A DNA stretch of 64,000 bases from Candidatus Amesbacteria bacterium (GCA_027371535.1 DAHXMV010000001.1:253259-317258), one strand, 5' to 3'. Shown: positions 51,519 through 60,706, counted from the stretch's first letter. Translations and numbers: made by a program. Notes: generated by a model not told the origin, from the letters alone.

Positions 51519-52959
51519 TCCTAGATTTTACAATATCTTGGATGGATAAACCCTTTTCAATATAGTCATATAAAGCTCTGTCAGCACCGTTTTGTTCCGT
51601 CCGTAATACATGTTCCGGATAAACCAACATCCGGCCATCTTCATTAGACAAACCCCTCGAAGCTATGTTAAGTATGTTTTTGGCAAAATCATAAACACTT
51701 ACCCCGCAAGCTTCACCCTGTAGACCACTTTTTATTGCTGCCATGCGTAACAAGCCCAAATGCTGCCATTTAAATGAACCGATGTAGGCGGATGATTCAT
51801 CAAGATTGTGAAGCAACCCGGCTTGTAATGCACTAGGACCCATTACGGTAGACCAGGAGAGATCGTTCCCCAGAGATTTAAGATATGTATCGGGAAAGTT
51901 TGCACCCGGATCCCTGCCTTCAATATAAACATTACTTACTGCACCGTTTCTAAACAATTCTTCAAGAGAATCTTGCTTGAGAGCATCTAAAAAACCTTCT
52001 TTATCAATATTATCATGATTGAAGGTCCATCTTATTCTTGCGCTGGTGAATTGGGCAAATTGGAGAGCCTCCAGATGCCTGAGATGGGGTTTGACTAAAA
52101 CATTATCACCGCTGTTTAAAAGATTCCCGTTAGCACTATCTAAAGCCAGGTATTCTAAGACAGATGGATTATTTTCAATCAGAATTGCCCCGTCACCGAA
52201 TGTTTTATAGTTGCTTCCGGAGGCCATAACAAAATGAATATTAGTTCCATAACCGAACATCCATGTAAAGTAATCTCTTAGAGAATTAAAAGGTTTTTCC
52301 GGAAAATTTGCTGTTACCCGGTCTCCTTGTGAAATAGAATCTTTCATGAACCTTTCCCACATGGTTAACCTAGTTTCTTTAAACTCGCTTAATTTACCTT
52401 CTGCAAAAGGACTATTTGCGAAAATACCTATAAAAGCTGCAGAGGCTCCGATAATGGTAGAAACGGATTTAGCGGCATTTTCAGGTTCTATTCCTGTACA
52501 TGGGCTATTTTGGGCTTTAGCATCAATCCCCGCTGCATGATCCCAACCTCTTAGAGCTATATACTTGTAAACACCTTTGGGAGCTACAAATAACCTGTGT
52601 GTCTGTCTGTCCGTTTTACCCATGGGGTGTATGGACATATTTATAACAGTTGCTCCCTCTCGGGCCAGGACCTCCTGAATTGTAGCTAAATCAATTTTTA
52701 TTAAATCTTCCAGCTCGCCTAAACTCTGAGTTACACGGGTAGAAGTTTCCTGGAGGTTAAAACCATTATCTAAACCAATATGTCCCATCTCCGGAGTACT
52801 AATACCAATGATAGTATCGGGTCTGGTGTCGCTGTAATCAATATTAACTTTACTGTATTTCTCTGCTAATCCGTTAAAAGACTTCTGGGAAAGGCCTTTT
52901 GGATTTCCGGTTGCAATATCTGAGATTGGTTTTTCTATTTCTGCCCCGAATGTAGTCAT
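51505..52959 (-). CDS. Putative carboxylate-amine ligase, GCS2 (glutamate-cysteine ligase family 2)-like
   Basis: N-terminal FGAEIEKP fits the GCS2 G-x-E-x-E signature. The 484-aa size fits GshA/GCS2-like ligases. The assignment is tentative. Confidence 0.4.
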   Translation of the reverse strand: MTTFGAEIEKPISDIATGNPKGLSQKSFNGLAEKYSKVNIDYSDTRPDTIIGISTPEMGHIGLDNGFNLQETSTRVTQSLGELEDLIKIDLATIQEVLAREGATVINMSIHPMGKTDRQTHRLFVAPKGVYKYIALRGWDHAAGIDAKAQNSPCTGIEPENAAKSVSTIIGASAAFIGIFANSPFAEGKLSEFKETRLTMWERFMKDSISQGDRVTANFPEKPFNSLRDYFTWMFGYGTNIHFVMASGSNYKTFGDGAILIENNPSVLEYLALDSANGNLLNSGDNVLVKPHLRHLEALQFAQFTSARIRWTFNHDNIDKEGFLDALKQDSLEELFRNGAVSNVYIEGRDPGANFPDTYLKSLGNDLSWSTVMGPSALQAGLLHNLDESSAYIGSFKWQHLGLLRMAAIKSGLQGEACGVSVYDFAKNILNIASRGLSNEDGRMLVYPEHVLRTEQNGADRALYDYIEKGLSIQDIVKSRNVTL

Positions 52960-53032
52960 ATTTTATTATCCTGTAGTTTACGGCTGAATCAGGCCTTTGT
53001 CAAATATTAATCCCTAATTTATGGGCAAATAC

Positions 53033-53061
53033 TTGACAAGCTTGTATTTATAGGGTACTAT
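53033..53061 (+). promoter_or_regulatory. Sigma70-like promoter (TTGACA, 17-nt spacer, TACTAT)
   Basis: Exact -35 hexamer at 53033-53038, a 17-nt spacer, and a -10 TACTAT (4 of 6 matches to consensus) at 53056-53061. Lies in the divergent intergenic region. Confidence 0.4.
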
Positions 53062-53085
53062 CCATGCTTAACCGGAAGGGTTATT

Positions 53086-53139
53086 ATGATAAAAATTTCG
53101 ACTCTCTTTATACGTGTATCTTTATTCAGGCGCCTTTAG
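53086..53139 (+). CDS. Candidate 17-codon leader peptide (MIKISTLFIRVSLFRRL)
   Basis: Good Shine-Dalgarno GGAAGGG 5 nt upstream of the ATG. The stop codon TAG lies inside the downstream terminator hairpin. Confidence 0.3.
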   Translation: MIKISTLFIRVSLFRRL

Positions 53140-53152
53140 GCGCTTTTTTTTT
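53128..53152 (+). terminator. Intrinsic terminator-like hairpin in the 5' leader of the decarboxylase gene
   Basis: GC stem GCGCC/GGCGC (53130-53134 pairing with 53139-53143), loop TTTA, then nine consecutive T (53144-53152). Confidence 0.5.
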
Positions 53153-53161
53153 ACACAAAAC

Positions 53162-54658
53162 ATGCAGATAGAAACAAAAGATCACACTTATAATAGAAAA
53201 CAATTAGCCTTGCAGTTGGCTACAAGGGAAGGCTCTCACGACCCGCGGCTTGTGGATAAGGTACTTTCAATGTACCCCGATCCGGATAATCCCCGTATGT
53301 CCCTTAATGGGTTTATCTCAAATCTGGAACAAATAGCCATTGATGGCAGAAATACGGATAAAAACGATCGGACATTATTGGCCGGATTAAACTCTGTTCT
53401 GAAAGATATCGATTCTGCCCGTTTGTTCAATGAAACATATATAGGTCACATGCTGACCGAAGCCTCAATTCCTGGATTATTGGGTTATATTATGGGTCTA
53501 AAAACCGGGTCAAATACCGTTGCCAGGGAGGTATCACTGGCCGAATCAAAATTGGAGCCGGAAGCCATCAGGGGTCTAGCGAAGATCATAGGCTATGATC
53601 CAGAAAAAGCCGACGGCACTTTTACTTCAGGAGGAAGCATGGCAATGCAAACCGCACTTATGGCGGCCAGGAGAAAAGCAATGTCCGAAGGTAAACATCC
53701 TACTCCCGATCACCCCCTGGTTGTTTTTGGCAACTGTTACTCCCATTACTCAGTATCTAAAATGTGTGACATAATAGGTGGCCCCACCGAACTGGTGGTA
53801 AAAAGAGATATCAAAGTAAAAAACTTTAAAACCGATTTAAATGACTTGGAGTATAAGTTGGAAGAGGCAAAAAGCAATAATGACCCTGTGATGGCAGTAA
53901 TATCTATCGTTGCTGAAACAGAAACTGGGAAAGTTGATAATAGCAAAAATATCGTTTCTATTGCTGGTAAATACGGTGTTCCTGTCATTGTTGATGGGGC
54001 TTTCGGTGCTCCAATGCGCTTATCCCGGAATGGTCACCTTATGGCTGGCATGGAATCATCGTATGCTATTACTGTCGATGGCCATAAATCCTTGGGAACA
54101 CCATACAGTAATGGTGCCGTAATATTCAAAACCGGTACTGATAAATATTTAGGTTACGGTGACAGAGTTGAATATTTGGGTGATAAAGCTAACCTTGGAC
54201 AAAAAAGGATAGAGGGTTCAATGGGGGCCGGTCCGATTTTGTCTACGGTTGCGGTCTTGAGGACACTGGGTCTGGATGGATTGGCTACTCTTTACAACCT
54301 TAATTTAGACCGCGTGGAATATTTGTGGAAAGTTGTCGAAAAATCACCTGTTTTATTAAATCTGTTTTATCCTGAAATGAATCTTTTATGTTTCGGGATT
54401 AAAACAGAAATTATTTCCAAACTGGGGATTAATTCAGTTAAAGGAGTAAAAGAATTTATAGACACAACCAGAGAAGAACTAGATAATGGTGTCCAGAGGT
54501 ATGGCGGTCACTTTTTTTCAGCAACTGAATTGCCGCTGGAAGATGGCACGAAGGCACCCGTTTACCGGGCCTGTATTATGCACCCCCGCACCACCAACGA
54601 AACCATAGACAATGCTATTACCGGTTTGGAGCGTGTAATTTATTCTCATCTTAAATAG
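53162..54658 (+). CDS. Group II PLP-dependent amino-acid decarboxylase
   Basis: TSGGSMAMQTALMAARRKA and the PLP-Lys region ITVDGHKSLGTPYSNG. The ORF track starts at an alternative GTG at 53114 that would read through the terminator hairpin, so ATG at 53162 (MQIETKD...) is the more likely start. Confidence 0.75.
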   Translation: MQIETKDHTYNRKQLALQLATREGSHDPRLVDKVLSMYPDPDNPRMSLNGFISNLEQIAIDGRNTDKNDRTLLAGLNSVLKDIDSARLFNETYIGHMLTEASIPGLLGYIMGLKTGSNTVAREVSLAESKLEPEAIRGLAKIIGYDPEKADGTFTSGGSMAMQTALMAARRKAMSEGKHPTPDHPLVVFGNCYSHYSVSKMCDIIGGPTELVVKRDIKVKNFKTDLNDLEYKLEEAKSNNDPVMAVISIVAETETGKVDNSKNIVSIAGKYGVPVIVDGAFGAPMRLSRNGHLMAGMESSYAITVDGHKSLGTPYSNGAVIFKTGTDKYLGYGDRVEYLGDKANLGQKRIEGSMGAGPILSTVAVLRTLGLDGLATLYNLNLDRVEYLWKVVEKSPVLLNLFYPEMNLLCFGIKTEIISKLGINSVKGVKEFIDTTREELDNGVQRYGGHFFSATELPLEDGTKAPVYRACIMHPRTTNETIDNAITGLERVIYSHLK

Positions 54659-54659
54659 T

Positions 54660-55835
54660 ATGTCAGAAAAACTCGCACAATATAATATTATCTATAAATT
54701 TAAACGGGCAGATGATTATGCGTCGGATAAAAAGGTGCAGCCTGACGAAAGCCTTAGAAATATTGACTGTGGTTTAGGTTCTTCACCATTCGGTTACCCA
54801 CCGGAGGTTGATACTGCTCTCCAAAATATCACCCCGAGCCTTTTGAACGAATATCCGAATGATCCTTATTCTGAAAGCCTGTCCCATCTGGTAAAAGATA
54901 GATTTCATCTTAAAAAATCTACCTCGGTTTTTTTTGGCGGAGCCGGCAGTTATGGTTTACTAGCTTCATTATTAAGCGACATGGTTAAAGTGGGGGCAAT
55001 AGTAAATGGTATAGAAGTTGTGGGTGCGGGTCCTCAATTTACGAATATAAAAATACTTTCGCAAAGAGCACAGATTCCATATCACCCCTTGACACCCGAT
55101 ATAGGCCTACCTTACGAAGAAAAAATTGATATGTTAATAAAAAATCGGGAAAGAGCCTACAACCCTGCAATAGTTTATATCGATAATCCCAATAATCCCA
55201 CTGGGGCGACTGTATGTTTTAATACCCTGTGTGAATTATCTGAAGCCACTGCTAAAAAGGATTTATTGATTATTGATGAAGCTTACGGAGATGCTGTTCC
55301 CGATGAAAGTTCAGCATTTCGCCTGGCTGATATCTATCCCCATGTCGTCGCTCTTCGTTCCATTTCTAAAACGGTAGGTCTGGCTTCTCCCCGGCTCGGT
55401 TACATGGCCATGTCGGGTTACACTGCCAAGGCATATGAAAATTTACAACTGGTATTTTCACTTGATTCTCTGACCCAATTAATTGGTCATGCAGTTTTAC
55501 AACCTGAAGTGTTGGCCAGTTTTTTACCCAAAGTCAGAGAAATGACAACTCAGGCCAAGTGTAGTTTTACACAAATGCTTAACACTCATGGGGTGGAAAC
55601 GTTTAGTACTCAGCCGTCGGTCAGTATTTTGTTGGCTAGGGCCAACCAAAACTTTTTTGAAAATTTAAAACAGATTAATATATGTACTGAAAGTGGCGCC
55701 ACTTTTAAGCCCACTCATCCAGCAATGGATTGTAGTTATGTTCGTTTTCGGATTCCCGCTGATCAAAAAGATATAACTGAAATCGGAGACAGACTGGAAA
55801 TGATTAGCCAACATAACTCCGTTAATAATGGTTAG
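54660..55835 (+). CDS. Class I/II PLP-dependent aminotransferase (HisC/CobD-like)
   Basis: NPNNPTGA, DEAYGD, and the PLP-Lys in SISKTVGLASPRLGY. Confidence 0.75.
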   Translation: MSEKLAQYNIIYKFKRADDYASDKKVQPDESLRNIDCGLGSSPFGYPPEVDTALQNITPSLLNEYPNDPYSESLSHLVKDRFHLKKSTSVFFGGAGSYGLLASLLSDMVKVGAIVNGIEVVGAGPQFTNIKILSQRAQIPYHPLTPDIGLPYEEKIDMLIKNRERAYNPAIVYIDNPNNPTGATVCFNTLCELSEATAKKDLLIIDEAYGDAVPDESSAFRLADIYPHVVALRSISKTVGLASPRLGYMAMSGYTAKAYENLQLVFSLDSLTQLIGHAVLQPEVLASFLPKVREMTTQAKCSFTQMLNTHGVETFSTQPSVSILLARANQNFFENLKQINICTESGATFKPTHPAMDCSYVRFRIPADQKDITEIGDRLEMISQHNSVNNG

Positions 55836-56919
55836 AGAGAAATTTATCGACCAGCTTGGAAAATTAGTTGAAATTTCCACCATCTCTTCGGACTCCGCTG
55901 CCAATTCCATGGCCCTGGATATAGTAGAAAGTTGGGTAAACGACAAATCTCATAAACTCCGTGTAAAAAACGGTAATGCTGAGATTTTATTATTGGGAAG
56001 CGGTGATCTAATAAACCCAAAAGTGGGTTACCTGGTACACATGGATGTGGTTGAAGGCCAGCCCAGTCAATTTAGACTGACCCATTCCGGTAATAAACTC
56101 TTAGGCCGGGGGGTCAGTGATATGAAATTTTCCATCCCGATTGGGGTGGAACTACTCAATCAGACCATTACCGGTAAATCAGATAATGACTTCACCCTGG
56201 CAATTACTACGGATGAAGAAGTTGGCGGCGGTGAAGGCGGTAAACACTTGGCTGATGTTTTGCAATTCCGGCCTGGAGTATTAGTTGTCCCTGATGGCGG
56301 TGATGGATTCGTCTTAGTCAATAAATCCAAGGGTGTAGCCCATGTTTGGGTGGAATCCACAGGAAAACCTGCCCATGCTTCCACTCCCTGGTTGGGGAAA
56401 AATGCCCTAACCCCGTTATGCCGCCTTGCAGCTAATTTATTAAATAAATATGATCAAAACTCCAGACAGGAGAATTGGGAAACCACTATGAATATCGGTT
56501 CCTTTTCGGGAGGAAAATCGGTCAACCAAGTTTGCCCTGAAGCAGTCTTAAGGTTGGATTTCCGCTTTCCAGAAACCCGGACTGTAGATGAAATTTTAGC
56601 CGAAATCAAACAGTTAGCAGCAGGCGTAGATCCGACATTGAAAGCTAAAATAACTGCTTCCGGAGATCCTACCTTTACAGATGTTAAATCCGAACCTGTC
56701 CGCAAATTACAACAAGCTTCCCAGGAAATTCTGGGTCATGCCATTGCTGTAATTGGTGAATGTGGTGCTTCCGATGCCAGATATTGGGCCAGATATCATA
56801 CCCCTATAATTATGACCAAACCTGAAGGTGGAGGGATACACAGTGATGACGAATGGATAAATTCTGACTCATGTCTGACTTTTTACTCTTTAATTTCAAG
56901 ATATCTTGCAATATTATAA
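55828..56919 (+). CDS. M20-family metallo-deacylase (ArgE/DapE-like)
   Basis: Metal ligands GYLVHMDVV (HxD) and GRGVSDMKFS (D), plus a dimerisation-domain pattern. Confidence 0.75.
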   Translation: MVREKFIDQLGKLVEISTISSDSAANSMALDIVESWVNDKSHKLRVKNGNAEILLLGSGDLINPKVGYLVHMDVVEGQPSQFRLTHSGNKLLGRGVSDMKFSIPIGVELLNQTITGKSDNDFTLAITTDEEVGGGEGGKHLADVLQFRPGVLVVPDGGDGFVLVNKSKGVAHVWVESTGKPAHASTPWLGKNALTPLCRLAANLLNKYDQNSRQENWETTMNIGSFSGGKSVNQVCPEAVLRLDFRFPETRTVDEILAEIKQLAAGVDPTLKAKITASGDPTFTDVKSEPVRKLQQASQEILGHAIAVIGECGASDARYWARYHTPIIMTKPEGGGIHSDDEWINSDSCLTFYSLISRYLAIL

Positions 56920-57035
56920 AAGAATGCTATAATAATCTTTGTATGAAATTGGCAGTTAGCTTCTTTAGCTTTTTCTTTACTCTCTCAAAGGGGAGGGTCT
57001 AAGGCTGTAAACAATAAAGAAAAAGCCTAGAGACA

Positions 57036-57059
57036 CTCCCCGAAAGGGGAGTTTTTTTT
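57036..57059 (+). terminator. Intrinsic terminator (CTCCCC-GAAA-GGGGAG followed by T8)
   Basis: Perfect 6-bp GC-rich stem, GNRA-like loop and eight T. Ends the decarboxylase/aminotransferase/M20 unit. Confidence 0.6.
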
Positions 57060-57221
57060 ATGAAAAAAGAAATCCAAATACCAAAAGAATTACCACCTAA
57101 ACCTCAACCGCCAGCCGAAGAAGCCCCGCGCTGGTTGATATATAAAATGGAGTTGGAGAAAATAGGCATTATTCTTGAACCCATAGACCCCAAAAATACA
57201 GCTGAAAATCAAGTGATTTAA
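57060..57221 (+). CDS. Hypothetical small protein (53 aa, Pro/Lys-rich N-terminus)
   Basis: ATG lies 8 nt after GGGGAG, which is also the 3' arm of the terminator. Translation: MKKEIQIPKELPPKPQPPAEEAPRWLIYKMELEKIGIILEPIDPKNTAENQVI. Below the ORF-track size cutoff. Confidence 0.25.
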   Translation: MKKEIQIPKELPPKPQPPAEEAPRWLIYKMELEKIGIILEPIDPKNTAENQVI

Positions 57222-57264
57222 AATCAAGAACGTATCTATCACTGTAGATTTAATAAAGTGTCAA

Positions 57265-58011
57265 TCAAAGCCCGAAGCAATATTCATTAATTAACCCTTT
57301 TATTTCCTCTTCAGTCAGATCATCATCGTTTAAATTCAGCTCGCGGTTCCACTGGTGCCAGAAATCAGCGTCGGTTTCGGTTACCAGATCCGCCAAACCC
57401 AAATCAGAGAGCACTTTATTTAAATCCGTCTCCTTATTTTTCGCCTCCACTTCAAAATTGTATCTGTCTGTCTTTCCGGTCTGGCGGGTGAGTTTCAGTT
57501 CAAACTCCGGCTTTTGGAAGATGAAATTTTCATACTGGGCAATGTAACAGGCTTTTTCTCCGGGAATCAGTACCCGTAGTATTTGGTAGGCATTAAATAT
57601 TTCTTCTGTATTGGCAGTTAAACTGACTTTCTGTTCGCTCCGGCTCCATTTGCGGTTCTTTTCCCAGCTGCCGACTTTTTGCATAATTTCAGCTTTTCCA
57701 TCTGTAATCCTGATTCTGGTGTCGACATCGTTTCGGCTATGGTCCCAAAAAGAAAACGCCAGTCTCCGGGATTTGACGGGTGCCCCGAACCGGTCCGTAA
57801 ATCTAGTCAAGAAGTCTTCAAACTGCCCGGGGGTCAGCCTGCCCCAAGATTCTTCCTCATTCATAAACTGATTATAAGTCCGGGTAAATAAAGTGGTAAA
57901 TTGGTGAAATTTAATCCGGGGTTGTAGAATGATTAAAGAATATGGAAAACTTTCAATCAGTCGGCAGGCAATCACTGTATTACCGGCTGTTACCCAGAAT
58001 CCTGGCGGCAT
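57265..58011 (-). CDS. CYTH-like domain protein (tentative)
   Basis: Alternating charged/hydrophobic beta-strand motifs typical of the triphosphate tunnel fold (TRIRIT, KAEIMQKV, FELKLT, YNFEVEAK). The real start is probably an internal Met (MNEEESW...), because the 5' end overlaps the divergent 57942 gene. Confidence 0.35.
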   Translation of the reverse strand: MPPGFWVTAGNTVIACRLIESFPYSLIILQPRIKFHQFTTLFTRTYNQFMNEEESWGRLTPGQFEDFLTRFTDRFGAPVKSRRLAFSFWDHSRNDVDTRIRITDGKAEIMQKVGSWEKNRKWSRSEQKVSLTANTEEIFNAYQILRVLIPGEKACYIAQYENFIFQKPEFELKLTRQTGKTDRYNFEVEAKNKETDLNKVLSDLGLADLVTETDADFWHQWNRELNLNDDDLTEEEIKGLINEYCFGL

Positions 58012-58475
58012 CCCTGCTGGCTTTAATGATTATCGTGGTCTTATCCATGGCGGCGTCTTTTTTGCATCTGGGAGCCTATATCCTGTGGATAATGCTGATT
58101 GGTTTTGTGTTTTTGGCTATTGTGGCAGTAGTCACCTATATCACGGCCTATCTGGAGTTCTCGAACCTAAAATATCTGATCGAGGACCATGCATTGTTTC
58201 TGAAAGAAGGGGTGTTTGAAGTGGATACGGAAACCATCCCGTTTCAGAAAATCCGCAACGCGTCTTTTTACCAGTCGCTCGTACAGAGACTGTACAAAGT
58301 CGGAGATATTGTGATTGACCAGGATCCGGAAACTTACACCTGGGTGGGAATCGATGTGCAGACTGCCCAAACGATAATGGATGCGGTGTCTGCCAGAAGC
58401 AATATTCAGCCGATTATGGTGGAAGGTTCCAGTCCCAATCCTTTTTCCACCCCCAAGCCTACCGGCCAGAATTAG
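57942..58475 (+). CDS. Bacterial PH-domain (bPH_2/DUF304, YdbS/YdbT-like) membrane protein
   Basis: Two N-terminal TM helices followed by a PH-like region (FEVDTETIPFQKIRNASFYQSLVQRLYKVGDIVID). Confidence 0.55.
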   Translation: MENFQSVGRQSLYYRLLPRILAASLLALMIIVVLSMAASFLHLGAYILWIMLIGFVFLAIVAVVTYITAYLEFSNLKYLIEDHALFLKEGVFEVDTETIPFQKIRNASFYQSLVQRLYKVGDIVIDQDPETYTWVGIDVQTAQTIMDAVSARSNIQPIMVEGSSPNPFSTPKPTGQN

Positions 58476-58523
58476 ATGATATATACGGTATAAAGGAAAA
58501 ATCTGAGGGCAACCGGATGAGCG

Positions 58524-59198
58524 TTATGCAGCGGAGCGGGAGATGAAATCTTCTATCTGATTCCAAACCAGTTCGCATTGTCTTAAGTCACGGCGAAAAT
58601 CGTGACCGATATTCGGTTGTCTGACGACATAGGATTGAGGGGCATTTTTAACTATCAGTTCTGACTGTTGAGGTGATACGGCATTGTCTTTTTGGGCGAT
58701 AAAAATCATAAAAGGTTTATTTATTCGGCCGGCTTCTTCGACAGCACTATACTGCAGCCCATCTTTAATAAAGTCGTCCGGGACTGCAAAGGATCGGCTT
58801 TTTTGGGGACTGTCCGGCAAATCACGGACGGAAGTTTTATATTTTTGGCCCTGCCATTTGGCTGCCAAGAGTCTGAGGTCCGGCGGAGGGCAGAGAGCCA
58901 CTATCCGGGTGACTTCGGGAATCCTGTTTCCGGCAATAATGGCTACCATGGCTCCCAGACTATGGCCGATTAAGATGATATCCCCGGGTTTTTCATGAAG
59001 GTGATGATTGACTCTGTCTTTGACCAGGCTAAGGTAATTGGTGACTGAATAGTCAGAAATATTTCCGCCGTTCCACAAGTTTGCCGGATCCAACTTTTCG
59101 GTTTGATATCCCAATTTCCGCAGCCGGCTATCAAAAGTCCGCAAATGCAAATAATCGGGCGAATCCAAAAAACCGGGTAAAAGAAGGGCAATTTTCAT
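58524..59198 (-). CDS. Alpha/beta-hydrolase (esterase/lipase-like)
   Basis: GxSxG nucleophile elbow in LIGHSLGAMVAI. Confidence 0.7.
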   Translation of the reverse strand: MKIALLLPGFLDSPDYLHLRTFDSRLRKLGYQTEKLDPANLWNGGNISDYSVTNYLSLVKDRVNHHLHEKPGDIILIGHSLGAMVAIIAGNRIPEVTRIVALCPPPDLRLLAAKWQGQKYKTSVRDLPDSPQKSRSFAVPDDFIKDGLQYSAVEEAGRINKPFMIFIAQKDNAVSPQQSELIVKNAPQSYVVRQPNIGHDFRRDLRQCELVWNQIEDFISRSAA

Positions 59199-59371
59199 AC
59201 ACCGATTATAGCGCAGAATTATTCAATTCCCTTTCCAAAAGCCGGGTGACCGCGTCTTCAAAATCGATGACGTCGCCGTTCATCCTTTTGGGGTGGTTTA
59301 AATCCAGATCCTGCCATTCCAAATAGACGAGCTTTTCGTTTTGGCGGCTTTCAGACTGATTCCGGCGGCTT

Positions 59372-59839
59372 TCATGATTTTTGCGGCTGATACCTTAAAA
59401 ACAGACGATCAACTCCGGGGCCGAAATAGTCCTTTTTGAAGTTATAAATCACAAAACCGTTGGTCAGATAGAGAATAATAATCGGGGAATTGGCCGGATA
59501 GCAGGTAGCGGAAATACTTTTGGCTCCGGGTTTTTTTAACAGGTCATCCAATCTGAGCTGGAACAGTTTCAAGCCGATCCCCCGACGGCGAAACCCGGGA
59601 TGGACGATCATGCCGCACATTTCGTATTCGCCTTTTTTTCTTAAACTGTAGCCGGCCCAGCCAACCAGAGTCTCCCCATCAAAAGCGCCATATGCCCGGC
59701 CGTCTTTATTTTTAAAAATATAACTATTCAGAGAATCCGGACTGTGACGGTAATAAACCGGCAGTCCGGGAGCATATTGAGATTCAAATTCCAGAATATC
59801 GGTTTTATGTTCCGGAGTCAGGATCTGATAGCAAATCAC
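59372..59839 (-). CDS. GNAT family N-acetyltransferase
   Basis: Motif A MIVHPGFRRRGIGLKLFQ. Confidence 0.7.
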   Translation of the reverse strand: MICYQILTPEHKTDILEFESQYAPGLPVYYRHSPDSLNSYIFKNKDGRAYGAFDGETLVGWAGYSLRKKGEYEMCGMIVHPGFRRRGIGLKLFQLRLDDLLKKPGAKSISATCYPANSPIIILYLTNGFVIYNFKKDYFGPGVDRLFLRYQPQKS

Positions 59840-60004
59840 CGGCTAATTATACGACAGGGACGGTGTTCGGATAAGAGGTTTTTAATAATGCAGCGTTTAA
59901 CCGGCCGGATTTATCCACGGCACATTAAACGCCTAGCATGGGCGTATGGACATTGTTTTTTCCCGACGGTTAATGGTGCGATCCAGATCGGATATAATTG
60001 ATGA

Positions 60005-60706
60005 ATGGCCAGGGAAAGAGAAATAAAAATCAGATTAAAAGACATCAGCCTGGATGAATTTGTAAACCGGGTGGAAAAATCAGGTTTTAAATTGGAAAGC
60101 ATAATTACCCAAACGGATATATATTTTGATAGAAGGGACTGGTACCTGTATGATAATTTGGCCGCACTGAGACTTCGAAAGGTTAATGATAAAGATGATT
60201 CAGTTTCTTTTAAGAAGTTGTTTTATTTACCAAATCGAACGGATAAACATTTTATTGAGGAAATAGAAACCAGGTTCCCGCCGGAGAAAGAAAAGATGGA
60301 TGAAATAATTCAGAGGTTACGATTAAAAGGCAAGGTTGATTTAAGAAACGGCGATACCATATCAGAATATTTCAGAATGAACGGTTATTTTGACGAACAA
60401 AAAATGAGTAAAATAAGAAAAGTATATATAAACGGATATGATGAAATAGTCATTGACGATGTGGACCGGGTCGGTTTGATTATAGAAATTGAATGCCGGG
60501 AGGGCGAACCGATTGATATTGCCAATAAATTATTGACAGACAGGGAATGGGTGCGGGATCTGGAAGGTACCAGCTATATCTGGCTAAGAAACGTCAAAGG
60601 ATTAAACAGGCATCTGAAACACCTGAAGTGTTTTGAAACAGATCCAACCTGGAATGTCTGGGATAATGAAAGGGATTTTTACCAAAGCATCCAATCATCA
60701 TCTTAA
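60005..60706 (+). CDS. CYTH-domain protein (class IV adenylate cyclase / triphosphatase fold)
   Basis: N-terminal REIKIRL (ExExK), LRLRK, and IIEIECRE motifs of the triphosphate tunnel. Confidence 0.6.
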   Translation: MAREREIKIRLKDISLDEFVNRVEKSGFKLESIITQTDIYFDRRDWYLYDNLAALRLRKVNDKDDSVSFKKLFYLPNRTDKHFIEEIETRFPPEKEKMDEIIQRLRLKGKVDLRNGDTISEYFRMNGYFDEQKMSKIRKVYINGYDEIVIDDVDRVGLIIEIECREGEPIDIANKLLTDREWVRDLEGTSYIWLRNVKGLNRHLKHLKCFETDPTWNVWDNERDFYQSIQSSS

